From Candidatus Latescibacterota bacterium (lineage in GTDB: Bacteria; Latescibacterota; UBA2968): a stretch of DNA of 15,283 bases. The stretch is from NCBI GenBank assembly GCA_038279365.1, contig JAYODI010000018.1, positions 1 to 15,283 of the forward strand, in the 5' to 3' direction. Made by a program: the position numbers and the translations under genes. Below are positions 1 to 6,221 of this stretch, in pieces. Below the pieces are notes generated by a model. That model was not told where the DNA came from, did not search any database, and was given only the letters and a program-made list of their open reading frames with translations. Each line of letters starts with the position of its first letter. Position 1 is the first letter of the stretch.

Positions 1-80
1 TGCCGTCTGCCGTCTGCCGTCTGCCGTCTGCCGTTTGCCATTTGCCGTCTGCTGACCGCTGACCGCCGATCGCTGACCAC
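1..80. repeat. Heptamer tandem-repeat array: (TGCCGTC)-type units followed by (TGACCGC)-type units, truncated by the window start
   Basis: 1-49 reads TGCCGTC x4, TGCCGTT, TGCCATT, TGCCGTC; 53-80 reads TGACCGC, TGACCGC, CGATCGC, TGACCAC. No unique spacers. Confidence 0.95.
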
Positions 81-100
81 TATTTTTTAAAAATAGAAGC

Positions 101-129
101 TTGACACCTGTTTTTTAACATGTTACTTT
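101..129 (+). promoter_or_regulatory. Sigma70-type promoter for the 243..1367 gene
   Basis: TTGACA (101-106), 17-nt spacer, TACTTT (124-129), with an extended -10 TG at 121-122. Confidence 0.7.
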
Positions 130-161
130 TATAAGCAAGGATAGTAAGACGTTATAAGTCA

Positions 162-228
162 GTTTCACCACGCGGGTATGGGCACCCTGTGTGAAACACC
201 GGGTTTTTGAAACTCCGAGCAAAAACCT
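162..228 (+). promoter_or_regulatory. Two tandem hairpins in the 5' leader of the 243..1367 gene (candidate cis-regulatory RNA)
   Basis: Hairpin 1: GTTTCAC (162-168)/GTGAAAC (191-197), with inner GGGT (174-177)/ACCC (184-187). Hairpin 2: GGTTTTTG (202-209)/CAAAAACC (220-227), ending just before AAGGA (229-233). Confidence 0.45.
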
Positions 229-242
229 AAGGACGAGTAGCG

Positions 243-1367
243 ATGCCAGTATTTGTATCTCGGTTTTCATCAAATCGGGCGGCAAGTGCGCTTTTACAAC
301 GAATACGCACACAGTCCTCCCAAACAGACACACGTGCAACCACCACAAACACACGTGAACAAAGAGAAGAACAAACTCGCGGGTCCAACAACACGCAACA
401 AACAACGCGTGCCAATGAGACCCTTTTGGCGCGTACCCAATTTGGCCAACAAATAGCCGATCGTTTGCAAGAGGCCCGTACAGCACAAACAAACAATGCC
501 AGATCAACCCGCGATACAAACACAGAACAGCAAACACGCACAACACAATCACAAACAGAGCCACAAACCGTTCGGGGCAATGGCAACACCACTCGCGAAA
601 ACAACCGCACAGAAACACAATCCAGGCTACAAACACCTCCCGGTGTGGGAACCACACGCTCCCAAGCAGACAACAACATCGAACGTTCTGGCCGTTTAGA
701 TCGGGCCCCAGCAAACCCCATACGCGAACAAATACTCAACGGTTTTGCACGGTTGCGCGCAATTGCCAGTGGCACCCTATCAGACAGAAACAACACACGC
801 ACCCAATCATCTGCCAACGCCAACGGGCCAGTTGCCAATCGAACCGATGATCGAATACGCTTTTTGGCCAACAATGCCTCGCAGTCACAAGGTCGTGCAA
901 CAGGCCAACAAGCCATAGAACGCCAAACACCCACCCTTGCGATTCAAACACCCGTTGCCATCCAAGCGTCAAGACTGGCACAGCCCACAGAAACACCCAC
1001 AGCCGAAGACATTAGCCGAGCAAATACCACCGAAGAAATTCGCAACAACCTACAGCAAGATGCCAGTGAAATTGCACGTGGACTCACACGAGACGGAACC
1101 CGGCAACTGCAACAAACCACACAACAAACAGCACAAAATGCCGAACGTGCAGCCGAAAGCCAAAGAACAGAAACACAAAACGAAAGCCGCCAAGAAATTC
1201 GCGAGCTCCAAACACAAGAACGCGACCTATCACGCGAGCTTCAGCAAACCCAACAAGATCTGCGCCAAGAACGTCTTCGTGTTCAGCGTTCTCAAAGTGC
1301 AGCATCTCAAAGCACCACTTCTTCAGCCGCAGCCATTGGCACCAATGTCAATATTCTTGCGGGATAA
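243..1367 (+). CDS. Hypothetical low-complexity Q/T/R/N-rich protein (374 aa) with a C-terminal coiled coil and a GTNVNILAG terminus
   Basis: Long ORF bracketed by a good promoter and a terminator; purine-rich AAGGACGAG upstream of the ATG; heptad-like QEIRELQTQERDLSRELQQTQQDL near the C-terminus. Confidence 0.85.
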   Translation: MPVFVSRFSSNRAASALLQRIRTQSSQTDTRATTTNTREQREEQTRGSNNTQQTTRANETLLARTQFGQQIADRLQEARTAQTNNARSTRDTNTEQQTRTTQSQTEPQTVRGNGNTTRENNRTETQSRLQTPPGVGTTRSQADNNIERSGRLDRAPANPIREQILNGFARLRAIASGTLSDRNNTRTQSSANANGPVANRTDDRIRFLANNASQSQGRATGQQAIERQTPTLAIQTPVAIQASRLAQPTETPTAEDISRANTTEEIRNNLQQDASEIARGLTRDGTRQLQQTTQQTAQNAERAAESQRTETQNESRQEIRELQTQERDLSRELQQTQQDLRQERLRVQRSQSAASQSTTSSAAAIGTNVNILAG

Positions 1368-1380
1368 AAAACAAACCATA

Positions 1381-1419
1381 AAAAAAGCGACTTACGTATT
1401 AAACGTAAGTCGCTTTTTT
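1381..1419. terminator. Bidirectional intrinsic terminator between the convergent orphan gene and dxs
   Basis: Perfect inverted repeat AAAAAAGCGACTTACGT-attaa-ACGTAAGTCGCTTTTTT, giving a U-tract on both strands. Confidence 0.92.
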
Positions 1420-1460
1420 ATTTTCCAAACACATTCAGCAATTGATTTTGACTTTCAATT

Positions 1461-1481
1461 TGCCATTTGCCGTCTGCCGTT
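1461..1481. repeat. Three heptamer units of the same family as 1-49
   Basis: TGCCATT TGCCGTC TGCCGTT, 10 nt beyond the dxs stop codon. Confidence 0.8.
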
Positions 1482-1491
1482 TCACACTCTT

Positions 1492-3432
1492 TTAATGCCC
1501 CGCAGGTTGTTCTTTCAAAACGCGTTTTGCAGTGGCCACAATCGCCTCAGGAGAAAGCCCCGCTTCATCACGCAACCCCCCCTGTGAACCATGAGTAAAG
1601 AACCGATCGGGAATGCCCAGCGTATAAACCCGCTGCCCAGCACGCATACGATCGCTCAGGTGACGTGTCACCGCAGAACCAAAACCGCCTTCCACCGTGT
1701 TTTCTTCTAATGTAATCACGATACGATGGCGAGAGGCCACATCATTTAGCATTTCCAAATCCATCGGCTTCACAAATCGACAATTGATCACTTCAGCAGA
1801 AATGCCTTCTTCGGCCAACTTTTTACGTGCCTCCAACGCATGATCCACCATCGTGCCCACGGCCAAAAAGGCCACGTCTTCACCCGATTCCAATGCTTCC
1901 CAAGAACCAATCTTCAACACCTCGGGATCACGCGATGCCAAAGGGTTGCTCACATTGCCACGAGGGTAACGAATCGAAAAGGGATGGTCCACTTGTTGCA
2001 CCGCAGTATAGAGCAAATCGCGCAATTCATCACCATCTTTGGGCACACTCACCACCATGTTGGGCACACACAACAAATAGGAAATATCAAAATTACCGTG
2101 GTGTGTAGGGCCATCAGCGCCCACCAACCCAGCACGATCCATACAAAAAATGACAGGTGCCGATTGTAATGCCACGTCGTGAATAATTTGATCGTACGCC
2201 CGCTGCAAAAATGTCGAATAAATGGCCACCACAGGTCGGCCACCTTCTAAGGCCATCCCCGCCGCAAAAGTCACAGCATGTTGTTCGGCAATGCCCACAT
2301 CAAAAAACCGATCGGGGTGTGCCACCTGAAACTTATCCAAACTGGTGCCTTCAGACATGGCAGCCGTAATACCCACCACGCGACTGTCGTGGTTGGCCAA
2401 TTCAATCATCGTTTGTCCAAACACTTCCTGATACTTAGGCAAATTCACCTTCGGTGTGCTCGACTGAGGCGACGGCGGGCTAATGGCATGATATTTGGTC
2501 GAGTCTGCGCTATAAGGATCTTCTTCCCCTTCAGGAATGGCACCTTTACCCTTAATGGTATGCACATGCAACAACACAGGCCCTTTAAGGTCGCGAATAT
2601 TTTTCAGCGTTTGTACCACCTCGCGAATGTCGTTGCCATTAATGGGGCCAAAATATCGAAAACCCAATTCTTCAAACAAAACCCCAGGCACCAACATGCC
2701 TTTCAAACCTTCTTCAAACCCCCCAACCGCACGGCGCAAGTTGTCACCCACCACCGGTATTTTACCCGTCAAATCCCACGCTTCTTGTTTAATCTTTTTA
2801 TACAAAGGATCATTGGTAATCCGATCCTTTACCCGGTTGTAAATGGGGTCTGTAATAATGCGTGTCAAATAATGAGATATGGCACCCACATTGGGCGAAA
2901 TAGACATGCGATTGTCATTCAAAATGACCAACAAATCTTTGTTTGCAGCACCCGAGTTGTTTAGCCCTTCTAAAGCCAAACCACTTGTTAATGCCCCATC
3001 GCCAATTACAGCAATCACTTTGTGATCTTCGCCCATCATATCGCGCTGAGCAGCAAAACCCAAAGCCGCCGATATGGATGTGCCCGCATGGCCTACTGCA
3101 AATGTATCATAAGGGCTTTCTGAACGCAGAGGGAACCCACTGATGCCACCCGGTTGACGAATGGTCTTTAATGCATCCCGTCGGCCCGTTAACACCTTGT
3201 GCCCATAGGCCTGATGCCCCACATCCCACACCAGCTTATCTTTGGGCGTATCGTAAATGTGATGCAAAGCCACAGTCAACTCAGTGGCACCCAAACTGGA
3301 ACCAAAATGCCCCCCAATTTCCGTCACCACATCAATAATATATTGCCGAAGTTCCTTACAAACCTGCTCCAACTCATCAACAGACAAATGTCTCAAAGCC
3401 GCAGGTGTATTAATATTTTCAAGCAAAGACAT
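1492..3432 (-). CDS. dxs: 1-deoxy-D-xylulose-5-phosphate synthase (646 aa)
   Basis: DXS motifs GHFGSSLG, WDVGHQAYGHK, GHAGTSIS, TPP-binding GDGA...LNDN, IAEQH, DRAGLVGADGPTHHG, IRYPRG. Start moved from 3519 to ATG 3432 (MSLLENINTP), which has a GGAG RBS and the usual DXS N-terminus. Confidence 0.97.
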   Translation of the reverse strand: MSLLENINTPAALRHLSVDELEQVCKELRQYIIDVVTEIGGHFGSSLGATELTVALHHIYDTPKDKLVWDVGHQAYGHKVLTGRRDALKTIRQPGGISGFPLRSESPYDTFAVGHAGTSISAALGFAAQRDMMGEDHKVIAVIGDGALTSGLALEGLNNSGAANKDLLVILNDNRMSISPNVGAISHYLTRIITDPIYNRVKDRITNDPLYKKIKQEAWDLTGKIPVVGDNLRRAVGGFEEGLKGMLVPGVLFEELGFRYFGPINGNDIREVVQTLKNIRDLKGPVLLHVHTIKGKGAIPEGEEDPYSADSTKYHAISPPSPQSSTPKVNLPKYQEVFGQTMIELANHDSRVVGITAAMSEGTSLDKFQVAHPDRFFDVGIAEQHAVTFAAGMALEGGRPVVAIYSTFLQRAYDQIIHDVALQSAPVIFCMDRAGLVGADGPTHHGNFDISYLLCVPNMVVSVPKDGDELRDLLYTAVQQVDHPFSIRYPRGNVSNPLASRDPEVLKIGSWEALESGEDVAFLAVGTMVDHALEARKKLAEEGISAEVINCRFVKPMDLEMLNDVASRHRIVITLEENTVEGGFGSAVTRHLSDRMRAGQRVYTLGIPDRFFTHGSQGGLRDEAGLSPEAIVATAKRVLKEQPAGH

Positions 3433-3475
3433 AGACGTCTCCAACATAAAGTTTCTGGTGACGATAAGTCCTGTG

Positions 3476-3504
3476 AATATAAACAACCAAATAGAACTAT
3501 GCAA
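3476..3504 (-). promoter_or_regulatory. Candidate sigma70 promoter for dxs
   Basis: Minus strand TTGCAT (3504-3499), 17-nt spacer, TATATT (3481-3476), about 44 nt upstream of the ATG. Confidence 0.5.
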
Positions 3505-3570
3505 CCAAGATATAATCACAGACAGTTTTACTAATAGGACAAATCAGAAGCAAAAACGTTCAAAAGTTCA

Positions 3571-3658
3571 GTCCCAAGTCCCAAGCCTGCAAGTCTCAAG
3601 TCAAAACCCAAACCACTCACAGCATCACAATCCTGACCAGTGACCTGCAACCTGCAAC
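3571..3658. repeat. Degenerate heptamer repeats downstream of the ZIP gene
   Basis: GTCCCAA GTCCCAA GCCTGCAA GTCTCAA GTCAAAA (3571-3606) and ACCTGCA ACCTGCA AC (3643-3658). Confidence 0.6.
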
Positions 3659-3663
3659 TCATT

Positions 3664-4449
3664 CTACAACGCTGCCTGAATCAATATCATCAGAGCAAAA
3701 CCTGCAATAAAAGACCATGCCGTCTGCGTCGGCGAGCGCGTTTCCAATGCATCGGGAATCATCTCTCGCACCACCAAAAAAATCATCGCCCCAGCAGCCA
3801 CGCCCAACAATGGAATCATAAGTGGTTCAAAAAACCACACCAACAAAGCCGCCGGAACCGCCGCAAGCGGTTGGGGCAAACTGGTCAAAAAAGCCGCCCA
3901 AAAGCATTTTTGGATACTGGCACCGCCCGCACGAAGCGGAATGGCCACTGCCAAACCCTCGGGAATATTGTGAATCCCAATGGCCAAGGCAATATAAGAA
4001 CCCAGTCCTTCGGCCTCCGGTAAATATTGCGCAGAAGCATATCCCACCCCCACCGCGACCCCTTCAGGAATACTGTGAAAAGACATGGCCAAAAAAATCA
4101 ACAACTCACGCCGAGACCCCAAACGCTTAAAAAATGAGTTTTCCAAACGCTCTGGGGTCAAAAAATTGTCCATTAACGACAAAAAAAAGGCCCCAACAAG
4201 CAACCCCGACAAGATCAATACCACTTGCCGCAGTCCAGGCACATGCTCATCTAAGGTTAACCCTGGCAACAACAAATTATAAACCGATGCTGAAAACATC
4301 AGCCCACCCGCCAAACCATATCCCAACCCCATACGCTTTTCCACATCAAGCTGAGGAAAAAGCAAAGGCAATGCACCCAAACCACACGCCAAACTTGCCA
4401 AAATGCCAGCAATAAAGCTATAAATTAAAAAATCGTACTGTGCCATCAT
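3664..4449 (-). CDS. zupT: ZIP family (ZupT/GufA-like) divalent metal transporter
   Basis: Multi-TM protein with the ZIP signatures MSFHSIPEGVAVG and IGIHNIPEGLAVA, plus AAGAMIFLVVREMIP. Confidence 0.92.
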   Translation of the reverse strand: MMAQYDFLIYSFIAGILASLACGLGALPLLFPQLDVEKRMGLGYGLAGGLMFSASVYNLLLPGLTLDEHVPGLRQVVLILSGLLVGAFFLSLMDNFLTPERLENSFFKRLGSRRELLIFLAMSFHSIPEGVAVGVGYASAQYLPEAEGLGSYIALAIGIHNIPEGLAVAIPLRAGGASIQKCFWAAFLTSLPQPLAAVPAALLVWFFEPLMIPLLGVAAGAMIFLVVREMIPDALETRSPTQTAWSFIAGFALMILIQAAL

Positions 4450-4493
4450 CCAACCCTTTCACAATAATTGAAAATGCCAGACACACTACTTTT

Positions 4494-4522
4494 AGCGTAC
4501 TTCAAAAAAACATCATTGTCAA
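4494..4522 (-). promoter_or_regulatory. Sigma70-type promoter for the ZIP gene
   Basis: Minus strand TTGACA (4522-4517), 17-nt spacer, TACGCT (4499-4494). Confidence 0.65.
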
Positions 4523-4531
4523 CATAACATG

Positions 4532-4560
4532 TTGAAAAATTTATATTTATGTATTACCTT
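4532..4560 (+). promoter_or_regulatory. Candidate sigma70 promoter for the selenoprotein gene, back-to-back with the ZIP promoter
   Basis: TTGAAA (4532-4537), 17-nt spacer, TACCTT (4555-4560). Confidence 0.5.
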
Positions 4561-4740
4561 TACAACATTTGTATCAATGCTCAATCATATGATTTTAAAC
4601 ACCAACACCAACATATCATCTATCACCCGTTATGAGATACGGGAACCCATTCTTTTTATTGGTCAAACAGAACGGGTTTCTCTATATTTTACAAGGCGTT
4701 TCAATCATACCAACTGGCTTTCTCTTATTTGGAGGTACCA

Positions 4741-5217
4741 ATGAAATTATGGGCCACTCTGTTATTCACCTGCTTGCTGGTGAGTAACACCATGGCAGAA
4801 AACAAAGAAGAAACATTTACTTGGCGCAAATTGGGCCCAGCAATGGTCGAAGCCCAAAAAACCAACAAAATGATCCTGGTCGATATATATACCGATTGGT
4901 GAGGCTGGTGCAAAAAACTGGACCGTGATGTCCTGTCAAAAACCGATGTACAAGCTTATCTTGCCAAAAACTTCATTCCCGTAAAACTCAATGCCGAAAA
5001 CAAAAAAGACCGCGTCAAAATTCTTGAACACGATCTCAGTTATGCCGAAGCGGTTTCAGCTTATGGTGTAAAAGGCTTTCCCGCAACTTTGTTTCTCGAA
5101 CCCAACGGTCAACTCATTTACAACCTCTCGGGTTATCACCCAAAAGACAAATACCTCGAAATTCTCAAATTTATGGCCGAACGAAAGTTTGAAGCTGAGC
5201 AAGGTGAAGGAGAATAG
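4741..5217 (+). CDS. Exported thioredoxin-fold protein with a UxxC active site (probable selenoprotein, Sec at codon 54; 158 aa); absent from the ORF track
   Basis: RBS GGAGG (4731-4735) and ATG 4741. Manual translation: MKLWATLLFTCLLVSNTMAENKEETFTWRKLGPAMVEAQKTNKMILVDIYTDW*GWCKKLDRDVLSKTDVQAYLAKNFIPVKLNAENKKDRVKILEHDLSYAEAVSAYGVKGFPATLFLEPNGQLIYNLSGYHPKDKYLEILKFMAERKFEAEQGEGE-TAG. The only internal stop is TGA 4900-4902, at the first Cys position of WCxxC. The cis-Pro motif GVKGFPATLF is intact and a terminator follows. Confidence 0.9.
4906..4945 (+). promoter_or_regulatory. Candidate bacterial SECIS element
   Basis: Apical stem GGAC (4920-4923)/GTCC (4930-4933) with loop CGTGAT (G then U at loop positions 2-3). 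The loop starts 21 nt after the UGA. The stem extends by AC/GT across a U-U mismatch; lower stem TGGT (4906-4909)/ACCG (4942-4945). Confidence 0.6.
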
Positions 5218-5230
5218 CGTCGACTTCAAT

Positions 5231-5265
5231 TAAAAAAGGCGATCCACAATGGATCGCCTTTTTTA
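5231..5265. terminator. Bidirectional intrinsic terminator between the selenoprotein gene and the convergent metal-efflux operon
   Basis: TAAAAAAGGCGATCCA-caa-TGGATCGCCTTTTTTA, a perfect inverted repeat with A/T tracts. Confidence 0.92.
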
Positions 5266-5392
5266 TGACTCAAATTTAAAATTCACAACCATTTGCTTCG
5301 CTGTGCCCCCCCAAAAACCAGACCACCCCCACCACAGACGATTTTGATACGGCTCAAAGCCGCTTAAAATTTCGATACGCCTTATAAAATGT

Positions 5393-6208
5393 CTAATGAT
5401 GGTGAAACAAGACCACACCAATACCCAACAAAATAAGCACCCCACCCAAGATCATATTTTCATATCGCTCCAACCACGGCATTTCCAAGTGCTGCACACC
5501 TAAAAATGTCAGCCCAGTAAACACCAACATCCCCGCCAACGTACCCACAGCCAACACCACCGACAGCAATATAAAAACAGTCCACCCATGCGGCCAAGCC
5601 GTCAGGTATATTGGCAAAAAACCTTCACAAGGTGAAAAAGTCAGCAATGCAATTAATGAAACCACCGCCACCTTATCAGGCGAAAAACGAGCCTCATCTA
5701 CATGATGATCGTGCCCATGATCGCCGTGGTCATGCGCGTGTGTATGACCATCATGCGAATGGTCATGATCACCGTGATCATGATTATGATGATCGTGTGT
5801 ATGATCCCCATGTTCGTGGTGGTGATGATCATGAGAATGATCGCCATGAGCATGCCCATGATGGTCGTGTCCAAAACCGGGAATATGTAAATGACTATGA
5901 CCCACCCCACGAAAATGTTGCACAATGTAAAAAAGCCCCAACAAAATCAACACACCCGCAGCCAATGGTTCTGCCCAAGCTTCTACATAATCAGTAATTG
6001 CAACGCCCATCCACACAATCAACACACCCAACAAGGTGGTAATTAACACATGCCCACCACCTGCCAATGTCACCACCGACAGCGTTTTGCCAATAGACCA
6101 CTTTTGAGCCCGTCCAGCCAACACAAATGGCAACCAGTGATTGGGCAAAATCGCGTGTAAAAAAGACACCGACAAACCCGCAACAATAAAACCCGTATAA
6201 ACGTCCAA
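5393..6208 (-). CDS. His-rich NiCoT/RcnA/UreH-like Ni/Co membrane transporter (271 aa)
   Basis: TM1 motif FLHAILPNHW, GGGHV in TM2, a long His-rich loop, LTFSPCEG after the loop, about 6 TMs. Start placed at TTG 6208 with AGAGG (6220-6216) 7 nt upstream; the track start 6241 overlaps the ATPase. Confidence 0.8.
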   Translation of the reverse strand: MDVYTGFIVAGLSVSFLHAILPNHWLPFVLAGRAQKWSIGKTLSVVTLAGGGHVLITTLLGVLIVWMGVAITDYVEAWAEPLAAGVLILLGLFYIVQHFRGVGHSHLHIPGFGHDHHGHAHGDHSHDHHHHEHGDHTHDHHNHDHGDHDHSHDGHTHAHDHGDHGHDHHVDEARFSPDKVAVVSLIALLTFSPCEGFLPIYLTAWPHGWTVFILLSVVLAVGTLAGMLVFTGLTFLGVQHLEMPWLERYENMILGGVLILLGIGVVLFHHH

Positions 6209-6221
6209 ATCATAACCTCTT

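Noticed and set aside
1-80. Terminal repeats (also 15229-15283) as a CRISPR array or terminal inverted repeats
   Set aside because: Units are 7-8 nt with no unique spacers, the two ends are unrelated in sequence, and there are no cas, transposase or integrase genes.
136-242. Leader as a c-di-GMP-I or other known riboswitch
   Set aside because: It has two hairpins, but I could not find the conserved GNRA tetraloop/receptor or GCAAA-type motifs in the right places; kept only as an unassigned structure.
115-1587. Alternative ORFs 115..714 (-), 227..934 (-) and 937..1587 (+)
   Set aside because: Shadows of the low-complexity 243..1367 gene; their Cys/Val- or Lys/His-rich translations reflect strand bias, and 937..1587 runs through the terminator.
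3433-3519. 29-aa N-terminal extension of DXS in the ORF track
   Set aside because: It overlaps the predicted promoter; ATG 3432 has an RBS and matches the usual DXS start.
4529-4744. Upstream ORF whose TGA overlaps the selenoprotein ATG (ATGA), with a possible start at 4577
   Set aside because: No RBS, the first ATG lies within the predicted promoter and the product has no recognisable features; the overlap can arise by chance from ATG-AAA.
4741-5217. Thioredoxin gene as a pseudogene, or UGA read as Trp/Gly
   Set aside because: There is a single stop, precisely at the catalytic Cys, with no other lesions, intact expression signals and a SECIS-like hairpin; TGA terminates other genes here. 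A nonsense mutation cannot be fully excluded without finding selABCD.
5266-5392. 127-nt spacer between the permease stop and the terminator (ORF 5263..5445) as an sRNA or small gene
   Set aside because: Only a tiny hairpin (CGGCT-caa-AGCCG), no RBS or coding signal; treated as 3' UTR.
5611-5997. Met/Ile- or Asp/His-rich ORFs overlapping the His loop
   Set aside because: Alternate-frame readings of CAT/GAT codon repeats.
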